A stretch of 64,000 bases of DNA from an uncultured Prevotella sp. GTDB taxonomy: Bacteria > Bacteroidota > Bacteroidia > Bacteroidales > Bacteroidaceae. Both the position numbers and the translations under genes were made by a program. Below are positions 38,544-48,261 of the stretch, piece by piece. Each line of letters begins with the position of its first letter. Position 1 is the stretch's first letter. The DNA is taken from positions 8,962 through 72,961 of the forward strand of contig ONCJ01000005.1 in assembly GCA_900316295.1 (NCBI GenBank). Direction: 5' to 3'. The notes under the pieces are model-generated. The model ran no database searches and was not told the origin of the DNA. It saw nothing but the letters and a program-made list of their open reading frames with translations.

Positions 38544-41021
38544 ATGAAGAAATATCTATTCGCACTTGCATGCCTAATGATGATGGGCCTGCATGTTCAG
38601 GCTCAGAAATTCCTTGATTTCTACTATCAAGGAAGCGTTGTCAGTTCCGTGAATGCCTCCGATATTGACAGCATGGTCATCGGTACGAATCCCACCAACA
38701 GGACCGTGGATTTATATAAAAATGGTGATATCTTCCACAGCACGACAGCCGCCAGAGTTGACAGTGTTAAGGTGTTCAAGCCTGAAAATGCACCCTTGGT
38801 CTATCTCGGCATCATAGGTTTCAATCAGGAACTCTACAAGAAGGAATTCGGCATCTTGTCCACGAGCACCGCCAGCGGCTTTAATACCTTCGTGGGCAAC
38901 CTGACGTGCAAGGACGGCACCTTGTTATATTATGGTGTTGACAAAGCACTGGACATGCTGAAGAGCACCTCCTTCCCCACACAGGTAAGCAGCGTGAACC
39001 TCGTCACCTTCACCGATGGTCTGGACCAAGGCTCCATGATGATGAACGGCAGCTATACCACCGATGAACAATACCTCAATGCCGTCCACCAACTCATCGT
39101 CAACACCCGTGTGAAAGGTCTTCCATTGACCGCCTACTCCTTAGGTCTGAAGGGAAGCGACGTAACGAATTATACATTGTTCCAGAACAACCTGACCAAG
39201 TTGGCGAGCTCTTCCGACAAAGCCATAGAAGTCAGCAGCATGAGTGCCGTACGGACCCGCTTGCAGGAAATCTCCGACCAGATTATCAGCATCAGCAACA
39301 AGCAGACCGTCAGCATGAAGATCCCCGGTCCCAGTAATGGCACCATCATCCGTTTTACGTTCGACAATGCTACGGCAGCCAACAGCAGCATGTATATCGA
39401 AGGCACGTTCAACCTCTCCGACCGTTCATTGCGTAATGTCAAGTATTACGGCATCAATGGCGGAAGCGGAACCATCGTTCAGGGCAAACAGGAGGGTATC
39501 TTCGTCACCTATACGTTCAGCGGACTGCAACGAACAGACGGAAACGGTCTGATACCTGTAAATAGCATCAGAGAATTCTACCGTTCGTCCACCACCAATA
39601 CATGGCAGGAGAACTCAGAGTTTACTCCCGCCAACAATACCCAGACCAACATCACCCATTCCGGTGCCATCATCCTGCTAGTGCTCGACTGCTCCAGCTC
39701 ATTGGGTTCACAATTCAGCAACATGAAGAGCTATGCCCAGGATTTCATCACCCGCGTGGCGAACAATGCCGAACCCTATGAACGGCTGTTGTCACCTACG
39801 AATGTCAAGGCATCGATAGACGAAAATGATTTGGTCGTGAACGTTTCTTGGAATGGGGTGAAGTATGCTGAGAGTTACAATGTCTATCGCAGCAGCAGTT
39901 CAAATGGCACTTATGAACTGGTTGCCGAAGGAGTCACCTCAACAACCTGGACAGACAGTAGTCCATTATCGGGAAGTAACTATTACAAAGTATGTGCCGT
40001 CGGTTATGGCATCACCAGTTCTCAAAGCTCATACTCATATGTGAATGTCAGTCTTGCAGCTCCTACGCATGTCAAGGCTGTGATGGCCGAAAATGATTTG
40101 GTCGTGAACGTCTCTTGGGAAACGGTAAAGTATGCACAAAGTTACAATGTCTATCGAAGCGACAGTAAAACAGGGATGTTTGTTTTAGTTGCTGAAAATG
40201 TTACATCGACTTATTGGAAGGACAGAACTCCGTTGTCAAAACGAAATTATTATAAAGTTTCAGCATTTGGAAATGGCATGGAAAGTATAAAAGGATGGGC
40301 AGTTCCTGCAGTTCCTGCGTCTGAAGTACAGAGCTTTGCCGTAGATGGTGTAACGTTTACTATGATTAAGGTTACAGGTGGCACATTCAAAATGGGCAGT
40401 GACCGAAGCAGTGAGAATGCTACACCGATACACGATGTCACTTTATCTGACTATTATATAGGTGAGAATGAGGTAACACAGGAGCTATGGCAAGTAGTCA
40501 TGGGTTATAATCCTAGCTACCATAAAGGCTCAAAACGTCCTGTAGATAATGTGAGTTGGCAAGATTGTCAAACATTCATAAAAAAGCTGAATGAGTTGAC
40601 TGGTCATGTCTTTCGTCTTCCTACAGAGGCTGAATGGGAGTTTGCAGCGAAAGGTGGAATATGGAGTGAAGACTTCATCTATAGCGGTAGCAATGACATC
40701 GACAATGTAGCATGGTATGGTGGCAATTCATATTACTCGGGTGACTATGAAACAAAGAACGTAGGAACGAAGGCACCCAACGAACTTGGAATCTATGATA
40801 TGACAGGCAATGTAGAAGAGTATTGTCAGGATTGGTATGGTGAGTATAGTGGTTCACATCAGATAAACCCTACTGGTCCGGTGACGGGATCTAAGCATAT
40901 TCAGCGTGGCGGATCATTTGCAAGCAGAGAATTTGCTTGCACGACAACATTCCGCCATGATGATTATATAGGGCCTTTTTATTATGATGGGCTGCGTATA
41001 GTATCTATTTGTTCCAAGTGA
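38544..41021 (+). CDS. Secreted multidomain protein: permuted vWA + 2x FN3-like + FGE-sulfatase (SUMF1/CLec-fold) domain
   Basis: TFTDG and LVLDCSSS; two PTxVKA..ENDLVVNVSW..VKYA.SYNVYRS repeats; GGTFKMG, RLPTEAEWEFAAKGG, PNELGIYDMTGNVEE, RGGS. Confidence 0.88.
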   Translation: MKKYLFALACLMMMGLHVQAQKFLDFYYQGSVVSSVNASDIDSMVIGTNPTNRTVDLYKNGDIFHSTTAARVDSVKVFKPENAPLVYLGIIGFNQELYKKEFGILSTSTASGFNTFVGNLTCKDGTLLYYGVDKALDMLKSTSFPTQVSSVNLVTFTDGLDQGSMMMNGSYTTDEQYLNAVHQLIVNTRVKGLPLTAYSLGLKGSDVTNYTLFQNNLTKLASSSDKAIEVSSMSAVRTRLQEISDQIISISNKQTVSMKIPGPSNGTIIRFTFDNATAANSSMYIEGTFNLSDRSLRNVKYYGINGGSGTIVQGKQEGIFVTYTFSGLQRTDGNGLIPVNSIREFYRSSTTNTWQENSEFTPANNTQTNITHSGAIILLVLDCSSSLGSQFSNMKSYAQDFITRVANNAEPYERLLSPTNVKASIDENDLVVNVSWNGVKYAESYNVYRSSSSNGTYELVAEGVTSTTWTDSSPLSGSNYYKVCAVGYGITSSQSSYSYVNVSLAAPTHVKAVMAENDLVVNVSWETVKYAQSYNVYRSDSKTGMFVLVAENVTSTYWKDRTPLSKRNYYKVSAFGNGMESIKGWAVPAVPASEVQSFAVDGVTFTMIKVTGGTFKMGSDRSSENATPIHDVTLSDYYIGENEVTQELWQVVMGYNPSYHKGSKRPVDNVSWQDCQTFIKKLNELTGHVFRLPTEAEWEFAAKGGIWSEDFIYSGSNDIDNVAWYGGNSYYSGDYETKNVGTKAPNELGIYDMTGNVEEYCQDWYGEYSGSHQINPTGPVTGSKHIQRGGSFASREFACTTTFRHDDYIGPFYYDGLRIVSICSK

Positions 41022-41025
41022 GAAG

Positions 41026-41148
41026 ATGAGCAATGTTATTATCAACAGACTAAAGAAATCTAAAAAATGTGCTATTAAGGTAGAAGCCCAAGATGGTGGT
41101 ACCGCAACTTACACTTTTAACACAGAAGGATTAGAATGGGATTATTAA
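41026..41148 (+). pseudogene. Orphan C-terminal gene fragment
   Basis: Manual translation MSNVIINRLKKSKKCAIKVEAQDGGTATYTFNTEGLEWDY*; reads like the tail of a larger protein. Confidence 0.45.
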
Positions 41149-41192
41149 TAACGTCTCAAACGTCATAGTAATAACTAAAAGCGATAAGACTT

Positions 41193-42125
41193 ATGGCAAT
41201 AATCAAATGTAGCGAATGTGGGCATGAGGTATCTGATAGAGCTTCGGCATGTCCTAATTGTGGATGCCCGATAGCGAGCGAACAACCTGAGGCTCAGAAT
41301 GATGTGATAGAGGCTGAACCTGTATATTACGAGGAAGAAGAGGCGACAAATAAGTGGTTGTATGTGATTATCGGTGTACTTGTCGCAATCATAATAATGG
41401 GTGGCTTCTATGGTTATTCCAAGGGCTACTTCTTTGGTGGCGGAGGCAGTACAGACTCTCTCCTTGTAGATAGTGCGCAGGTAGATACTGTGTCGGTGGA
41501 TAGTGTTGTCGTGGAGATTCCTGAAGATGTGGTCGAAGATTCTGTCTCGTGGATTGTGGACGAACAGGAGGCGAAGGAGGAAAGTCCTGCATGGCTGCAA
41601 GGCACTTGGACTACACGGGTTAGGATTATGGGTGAGACGAAAACGGCTAAATTGGTTGTTGACGGCACTCATGCTACATTCTATTCGGATGGTTCGATTC
41701 TTGATAGCGGAAACTTTGAAATCCGTGACGGGGAAATACATTTTGGCAGCACATATTTCAAGATAGATGAGGCAAGACAACGTATAATGTTTGACGACAA
41801 CACCTATTTTGAACATTCCTCACGCCCGAGTGGTGAGGCGGTGAGCATCACGTCACCGTCGCAGGACCGCGAGATGAGGATCATGGCTCGTCTGCATGAA
41901 CTGGGCACAAAAGGGCAGTCGCTCGTCTCTGAGCTGGCGATGATGAGGCGTAGCGGTCAGATGGATCCAGCGAGATACATGTATATCAAACAGGCTCTGC
42001 TGCAATACAAGGATGAGCAGATACAACTCGCTCGGCAGTTGGGCGACGATGACTTGGAAAGGGAGTATCGTCAACAGAAAGATGGCGTGATGGAGTCATT
42101 CCGTATGATAGAGAACGGCTATTGA
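41193..42125 (+). CDS. Zinc-ribbon, single-TM membrane protein
   Basis: CSECG..VSD.A..CPNCG, TM helix, acidic linker. Confidence 0.85.
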   Translation: MAIIKCSECGHEVSDRASACPNCGCPIASEQPEAQNDVIEAEPVYYEEEEATNKWLYVIIGVLVAIIIMGGFYGYSKGYFFGGGGSTDSLLVDSAQVDTVSVDSVVVEIPEDVVEDSVSWIVDEQEAKEESPAWLQGTWTTRVRIMGETKTAKLVVDGTHATFYSDGSILDSGNFEIRDGEIHFGSTYFKIDEARQRIMFDDNTYFEHSSRPSGEAVSITSPSQDREMRIMARLHELGTKGQSLVSELAMMRRSGQMDPARYMYIKQALLQYKDEQIQLARQLGDDDLEREYRQQKDGVMESFRMIENGY

Positions 42126-42154
42126 GAGCTCTCTCAAAACAAACTCACAGAGAA

Positions 42155-42189
42155 CTTCAAAGCCACCCTCGACAATAGAGTGGGAATGA
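42155..42189 (+). repeat. attR-like direct repeat (copy of the guaA 3' end)
   Basis: 35/35 identical to 34836-34870. Confidence 0.95.
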
Positions 42190-42350
42190 AAAGTGGAGAG
42201 GAAAAAGAGCTGGAATAATTTGCATTTCCAGCTTTTTTCTTTATTTTTGCATGCGGAATCTTGTTGGAAGCTTCGCTTACTTCGAGGCATGAGGAGGGAG
42301 GAGGGAAGAATGTGGATGTGGAGCATCCGAAACTTAAACAACAAAACGGT

Positions 42351-43973
42351 ATGACCATGAAGACAATGACGATACGTGTGGATAGACTCCACAAAAACAG
42401 TTTGCTGATCTTTGGCGTAGTCGTGATGGCTTGCCTGCTCTCCTGTGGGTTTCTCACGGGATGTGCTACCTCCAACCGACTTTCGTCGGCAAGGCAGAAG
42501 AAGAATATCGTGATACTATATGAGAACGACGTACATTGTGCCGTCAAAGGCTATAGTAGGCTGGCGGGACTGCGCGACGCTATTGTTGCCAGTGACACTG
42601 CGTATGTGGGCGTGGTATCCTCGGGCGACTTTCTCAATGGTGGAGTGGCAGGATCTATCTCGCGCGGACAGTATATCGTAGATGTCATGCGCAATGTAGG
42701 CTATGATGCGGTTACGCTGGGTAATCATGAGTTTGATTTTGGCGAACCACGCATGGCGGAGATGGTGGCTCAGATTAAGTCGCCCATCATCTGTACCAAT
42801 CTGTTTCAGGCAGGAGCTTCGCGTCCGGTGTATCGTACGTTCATCATCAAGAACTATGGCAGCAAGCGTGTGGGATTTGTCGGTGTATGCACACCTGAGA
42901 CCATGACGGCTGAGGCATACGCGTTCTACGACAAGGATGGTAATATGATCTACGACTTGCGACCAGACGATGTGGCAAGACTCGTACAGCAGTCGGTAGA
43001 CTCAGCCCGTAATGCAGGAGCTGACTATGTGGTGCTGTTGTCTCATCTGGGCGAACTGGCAAACGGCCAATGGATGGACTCACATCAGCTTGTAAGAATG
43101 ACCAAGGGTATCGATGTGGTGCTCGACGGTCATACCCATTCGGTGATACCCCACGACGAGGTTGCCAATCTTGAGGGGAAGAAGATAGGCATAACGCAGA
43201 CGGGAACCCAATTTGCCAACATAGGCAAGCTGGTCATAACACCCAAAGGTAAATTCACCACCTCGCTCATCCCCCTTGCCGACATATCATATTCCAGCGC
43301 GAGAGTGACACATACCGTCGATAGTATCACACGGCTGATGAGCTCAGAGACCGACAGGGTGGTGGGGCGATGCGACTTTGAACTGACCATTAACGACAAT
43401 GACGGCAAACGACTCGTGCGCAAAGGCGAGACCAATCTGGGCGACCTCTGTGCCGACGCACTAAGGGAGGCAGTGGGAGCTGACATCGGAATGGTCAATG
43501 GTGGCGGCATCAGAAACAACATACCTGCTGGCGCCGTCAACTTCGGTATGGTCATAGGTGTGATGCCATTCTATAATCTCACATGCAAGATTGAGGCTAC
43601 AGGCGAGATGATTGCCGAGACGTTGAGGAAATGTACTGAGACCTATCCCAACGAGAACGGCGACTTCCCTCAGGTGGCTGGACTACAATTCACCGTACAT
43701 GTCGCCAGCCATACCGTCAGCGACATTATGGTGCTCGACCGCCAGACAGGACAATACAAGCCCTTACAACCCCAAGAGAAATACACTATTGGTATCTCTG
43801 ACTACTACTCTTCTGGAGGATTCAAGGGAGTGCTCAAACCTGCCTCTGTCATACAGATGACTGACGAGCAGGCATGCAACACACTCGCACGATACATCAG
43901 AGACTCTCTCGGCGGACAGATACCTGACAAATACCGCCAGTCGCAGGGACGAATCACGATACTCGAGGAGTGA
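42351..43973 (+). CDS. 5'-nucleotidase / UDP-sugar hydrolase family metallophosphoesterase (lipoprotein)
   Basis: NDVH, SGD, LGNHEFD, LSHLG, DGHTH, NGGGIR, FPQVAG. Confidence 0.92.
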   Translation: MTMKTMTIRVDRLHKNSLLIFGVVVMACLLSCGFLTGCATSNRLSSARQKKNIVILYENDVHCAVKGYSRLAGLRDAIVASDTAYVGVVSSGDFLNGGVAGSISRGQYIVDVMRNVGYDAVTLGNHEFDFGEPRMAEMVAQIKSPIICTNLFQAGASRPVYRTFIIKNYGSKRVGFVGVCTPETMTAEAYAFYDKDGNMIYDLRPDDVARLVQQSVDSARNAGADYVVLLSHLGELANGQWMDSHQLVRMTKGIDVVLDGHTHSVIPHDEVANLEGKKIGITQTGTQFANIGKLVITPKGKFTTSLIPLADISYSSARVTHTVDSITRLMSSETDRVVGRCDFELTINDNDGKRLVRKGETNLGDLCADALREAVGADIGMVNGGGIRNNIPAGAVNFGMVIGVMPFYNLTCKIEATGEMIAETLRKCTETYPNENGDFPQVAGLQFTVHVASHTVSDIMVLDRQTGQYKPLQPQEKYTIGISDYYSSGGFKGVLKPASVIQMTDEQACNTLARYIRDSLGGQIPDKYRQSQGRITILEE

Positions 43974-44042
43974 TTTTCGAGGAGATGAGGAGATGAGTAA
44001 TGAGGAGATGAGTAATAAGGAGATGAGTTGAGTAATAAGGAG

Positions 44043-44978
44043 ATGAATAATGTCATGAGGATCATACTGGTATGCGTGGTGATGGCGACTGTCGTCTGTG
44101 CTTGCACCAAGAGAGAGAGGGGCGAGCGAGGCTTGAGGTCGGTGTACTACTGGAGTACGGTGTATGAGCTGGACTCGGCAGAGAGGGCATTCCTTGAACG
44201 GGAACATGTAGGAAGGATATATCTGAGATACTTTGACGTGGTGGTAGACGACGAGGGTAGGGTGATGCCTAACGCTACGGTGCGCTTCCGCTCGGAGCAG
44301 CCTGGTGGTGTGGAGGTGGTGCCTACCATATATATAATGAACGAGTGTATGAGCCGTGACGTCAGCCAGCTCGACTCGCTGCTGCTCCGCAGGGTGATGC
44401 AGATGAGTGAGACCAATGACATCACGGGTGTGAGGGAGATACAGATTGACTGCGATTGGACGATGACTACGCGTAAGACGTATTATGACTTCCTCATGAG
44501 ACTCGTAGAGAGGGCTCGAAATGAGAATATACAGATTTCGACGACCATACGACTTCACCAACTCTCGCAACCCGTACCACCCGTGGAAAGGGGTGTGCTG
44601 ATGATGTATAACACGGGCGACGTGAGGCAATGGGACGGTACCAACCCCATACTCGACATGAGGGATGCAGGACCCTACCTGCGCTATCTCAGCGACTACG
44701 ACCTGCCGCTGTCTACAGCCTATCCCGTCTTTGAGTGGAGAGTGTTGTTCCGAGACAAAAGGTTCATAGGCATCATGCATAGCGACGACGACTATCCCGT
44801 ACTCAGTGGCGACACTATCGTCAGGCGTGAGGCTTCGGCCGAGGTGGTGATGGAGGCGCGACGTGCCATTGACAACCAGCGTACCGACGCCAACGACGAA
44901 GTGATACTCTTCGATCTAAGTAAAACGAATGTTCAACGAATAAACAAATACCATTATGAAAAGGCTTTTAGTGATTAG
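44043..44978 (+). CDS. Hypothetical lipoprotein (DUF3142-like TIM-barrel candidate)
   Basis: Lipobox VCAC, YLRYFDV, EIQIDCDW, TIRLHQ, LMMYNTG. Confidence 0.7.
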   Translation: MNNVMRIILVCVVMATVVCACTKRERGERGLRSVYYWSTVYELDSAERAFLEREHVGRIYLRYFDVVVDDEGRVMPNATVRFRSEQPGGVEVVPTIYIMNECMSRDVSQLDSLLLRRVMQMSETNDITGVREIQIDCDWTMTTRKTYYDFLMRLVERARNENIQISTTIRLHQLSQPVPPVERGVLMMYNTGDVRQWDGTNPILDMRDAGPYLRYLSDYDLPLSTAYPVFEWRVLFRDKRFIGIMHSDDDYPVLSGDTIVRREASAEVVMEARRAIDNQRTDANDEVILFDLSKTNVQRINKYHYEKAFSD

Positions 44979-47094
44979 TATTATGGCTCTGATGCTATCT
45001 GTCGAGGGCTTCGCCTGTGCAGGTATGGGCACCCACAACTATTATCTCTTCAGCGTGTTCAACAGGGAGAAAATGGGTCAATCGCTGTTCACCGAGCGAC
45101 TTGATGCCTTCTGGAAAAACTATACCAACGGACTCGTGGACGAGTGGCGATGGCACGACAAGGAGATATATGCCTACGCCCAACAGAAAGGCGACAAGGA
45201 CATGGTAGCTTATCTTGACGAGCTAAAGAAATATCTCGACATCAGCGACCAGATGCAGGAGACGTGGGACTATCCCACGAAGGAACAACTCGCCGAGCGC
45301 AAGCAGACCCTGCAAAATATGATAGTCAAGGCGGATGCCCACCGCAACGGTAAGATGGGTGTCCAGTGGCGACTCCTGCGCATGAGAGCCAATATGGTGC
45401 TGGGCAAACATCAAGACAATCTGACATATTGGCACAATGTGGCTTCACAACTGAGCCCCAGCGTATATAAGGACATGATGCAGAATATCTATGCTGGAGC
45501 CTTGATGAATACAGGCAACCGCATCGAGGCATGCAACGAGTTTGCCCGACAGGGAGACATGCTCAGCATGAAGTGGGGTATGCGCAACTATCGCAACATT
45601 GCCGGAATAAAGACAATATACGCTGAGAATCCGAATATGGCTGTACTCAGCTACCTGGTACAGGACTTTGTCAACAACGCGCAGGAAACACTCGACTCTT
45701 ATACCAAGGACGAGAAAGGCGAGATGATACCTGTCGATGACGAATGGATGAGAATGGTCGACGCACGTGTGGCAAGCAAACAGGATGTAGACGAGTTCAT
45801 TGGTTTTGCCCAAAAAGTCTTGAAGGAGAAGAAGACCGACTCGCCAGCCCTCTGGAAGGCTGCCATCGGCGAACTGCAATATCTCTATGGTCATCACGAC
45901 GAGGCGATGAAGACACTCGACGAGGCAGTGAAGATGGCTGGTACCAAGCGTATGAAGGACAACGCTCGCGCCATCAGACTCGTAGCGTCGGTAGGTAGCA
46001 AACGATTCCAGAAGTCCAGTTATCAGAAATGGGTAGTCGAGGAGATGCGCTGGCTCGTGACAAAGAGCAAGGAGGATGGCGGATACTATAACCACTATCG
46101 TGAGGTGATGGACCGACTCATATATACCGAACTCTCGCCACGATATGAGAAGATGGGCGACAAGAATCTTGCCAACGCGCTATTGGCTCTCTACGAGAAC
46201 GACTCCGTGATGTGGGGCGAACAGAGCGAGTCAATGCCTGACAACAGTTGGAACCCTAACTATTCGGGATATTACTACTACGAACTAAGCGAACTGAGTG
46301 CCGACCAGCTTGTAGACTACTACCAATGGCTTAAGACGAAGAGCAAGGGAGAGCTGGAGGCGTGGGCTAAGCAGGCTGTGAGAATGGAGGACAACTACTA
46401 CCTCGACCTCATTGGTACACGATACATGTCGGAAGGCAAATTCGACAAGGCTATAGACTACCTGAAGAACATACCTTGGAGCTTCCTCGAGGGGCAGAAT
46501 ATTTCCTACTATATGGCTCATAGAGACTATAGCAAACCACGATGGGAGGGCAGACAAAGGTTCGGAAAGGACGTAGTGACGGAAGGTGCCCATCTCGCAA
46601 CACTCTCAAAGAATCCGAAACTGGACTTCTGCAAGGACATCGTCAACATGGAGGCTCAGCTGCCAGTAGCACGTCAGGGAGTGAGGGAAGACCTCGCCTA
46701 CAAACTTGCCACACGCTACTTCCAGGCTTCGGTATATGGCGACTGCTGGTATCTCACCGACTATGGTTGGAGCTCGTATATCGACACCCTCTCCACGAAA
46801 GAGCGACTCTTCGTAGACAAGACTATCGAATACCTGAACATCAGCAAACAGAGCACCGACATGCAGATGAGGCTCAAAAGCCTCTATGCACTCGCATATA
46901 TACCAGTGGAGCCGTGGTGTGACGAAGACTACGACTGGCAGACGGGAGCAACTACCTACCTGCCTCTGCGCGATAACCACCAGTATAAAGCTCTGAACGA
47001 ACTTGACCACTTCCTGAGCATACATAAAAACATCAGCACACCGAACTATGTGTCTAAGTGCGATGTGCTGAAACAGTTCAGAAAGACGTTGTAA
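44956..47094 (+). CDS. Large secreted helical-repeat (TPR-like) hypothetical protein
   Basis: Signal peptide ending FAC; overlaps the upstream gene; helical repeat composition. Confidence 0.8.
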   Translation: MKRLLVISIMALMLSVEGFACAGMGTHNYYLFSVFNREKMGQSLFTERLDAFWKNYTNGLVDEWRWHDKEIYAYAQQKGDKDMVAYLDELKKYLDISDQMQETWDYPTKEQLAERKQTLQNMIVKADAHRNGKMGVQWRLLRMRANMVLGKHQDNLTYWHNVASQLSPSVYKDMMQNIYAGALMNTGNRIEACNEFARQGDMLSMKWGMRNYRNIAGIKTIYAENPNMAVLSYLVQDFVNNAQETLDSYTKDEKGEMIPVDDEWMRMVDARVASKQDVDEFIGFAQKVLKEKKTDSPALWKAAIGELQYLYGHHDEAMKTLDEAVKMAGTKRMKDNARAIRLVASVGSKRFQKSSYQKWVVEEMRWLVTKSKEDGGYYNHYREVMDRLIYTELSPRYEKMGDKNLANALLALYENDSVMWGEQSESMPDNSWNPNYSGYYYYELSELSADQLVDYYQWLKTKSKGELEAWAKQAVRMEDNYYLDLIGTRYMSEGKFDKAIDYLKNIPWSFLEGQNISYYMAHRDYSKPRWEGRQRFGKDVVTEGAHLATLSKNPKLDFCKDIVNMEAQLPVARQGVREDLAYKLATRYFQASVYGDCWYLTDYGWSSYIDTLSTKERLFVDKTIEYLNISKQSTDMQMRLKSLYALAYIPVEPWCDEDYDWQTGATTYLPLRDNHQYKALNELDHFLSIHKNISTPNYVSKCDVLKQFRKTL

Positions 47095-47099
47095 TATTA

Positions 47100-47204
47100 G
47101 GGGACAAGGGGCAAGGAGCAAGGGGCAGGAGTTTTGTTTTCTCTGTTGAGTTCACAACCAAAGAAACTTTTCTCCTGCCCCTTGCCCCATTCTTCTTGCC
47201 CCTC
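47100..47204. repeat. Inverted arrays of AGGGGCA-type heptamers between convergent genes
   Basis: GCAAGGGGCAGGAG pairs with CTCCTGCCCCTTGC. Confidence 0.75.
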
Positions 47205-47205
47205 C

Positions 47206-48153
47206 TTACAACGGATACTCTTCGAAGGCATATAGAACGGTGGACAGATAGCGCTCACCAGTATCGGGCAGGAGGACAACAATCTTCTTGCCCTTGTTTT
47301 CTGGACGACGGGCAATCTCAGATGCGGCATATAGGGCCGCTCCTGCAGAGATGCCTACAAGCAGACCTTCCTGCTGGGCTATCTCGCGACCCGTACGAAT
47401 GGCGTTGTCATTCTCTACGTCGAACACCTCATCGATAAGTGTGGCGTCATAGGTCTTCGGAACGAAACCTGCACCAATACCCTGAATCTTATGGGGACCA
47501 CTCTTGCCACCATTGAGCACAGGACTCGATAGTGGTTCCACGGCAATGATCTTCACATCGGGCTTCTGCTCCTTGAGATATTTAGCCACACCCGAGATGG
47601 TACCGCCAGTGCCCACACCACCTACAAAGATGTCAACCTCGCCATCGGTCTGCTTCCATATCTCAGGACCTGTGGTGGCATAATGCTTGGCAGGGTTGGC
47701 TTGGTTTTCAAACTGCTGTAGTATGATACTGCCAGGGATAGAGTCGCGCAGGGCTTCAGCAGCACGGATAGCTCCCGGCATGCCGTCCTTGCCTGGCGTG
47801 AGACGTACCTCAGCACCGTATGCCTTGACAAGGTTCCTACGCTCCACACTCATGGTGTCGGGCATGGTCAGGATGAGCTTGTAGCCCTTAACGGCGCTCA
47901 CCAGAGCCAGTCCCACACCGGTGTTGCCGCTGGTGGGCTCGATTATGGTGGCACCAGGCTTCAGAAGTCCCTTAGTCTCAGCATCCTCGATCATTGCGAG
48001 TGCGATACGGTCCTTCACGCTGCCACCTGGATTAAAATACTCAATCTTTGCGATGATGGGTGTTTCTATGTTTTTTGCCTTAGAGAACTTGTTGAGTTCC
48101 AGCAAAGGAGTGTTACCGATAAGCTCGGTGAGCTGTTTTGCAATCTGTGCCAT
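47206..48153 (-). CDS. cysK: Cysteine synthase A
   Basis: IGNTPL, NPGGSVKDR, EPTSGNTG, GVGTGGT, HKIQGIG, DTGERYLST. Confidence 0.97.
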   Translation of the reverse strand: MAQIAKQLTELIGNTPLLELNKFSKAKNIETPIIAKIEYFNPGGSVKDRIALAMIEDAETKGLLKPGATIIEPTSGNTGVGLALVSAVKGYKLILTMPDTMSVERRNLVKAYGAEVRLTPGKDGMPGAIRAAEALRDSIPGSIILQQFENQANPAKHYATTGPEIWKQTDGEVDIFVGGVGTGGTISGVAKYLKEQKPDVKIIAVEPLSSPVLNGGKSGPHKIQGIGAGFVPKTYDATLIDEVFDVENDNAIRTGREIAQQEGLLVGISAGAALYAASEIARRPENKGKKIVVLLPDTGERYLSTVLYAFEEYPL

Positions 48154-48261
48154 AGTCTTTATTCTTTTTGTTTCTTATTGTTCTATTTTTTTTCGGGATA
48201 CCGTTCTCTCGTTCTCTCGTTCTCTCGGGATTTCGGGATTTCGCTCCCTCGCTCTCTCGTT

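Larger units (their letters stand above)
34836..42189. mobile_element. Genomic island integrated at the guaA 3' end (no integrase retained)
   Basis: Identical 35-bp direct repeats at 34836-34870 and 42155-42189 enclose accessory genes, some visibly AT-rich. Confidence 0.8.

Noticed and set aside
40300-41021. Diversity-generating retroelement targeting the FGE-sulfatase or DUF1566-like tails
   Set aside because: No reverse transcriptase, Avd or template-repeat copy was found in the window. A remote DGR cannot be excluded.
34871-42154. Prophage or ICE
   Set aside because: No phage structural, integrase, relaxase or conjugation genes; only the att-like repeats support mobility.
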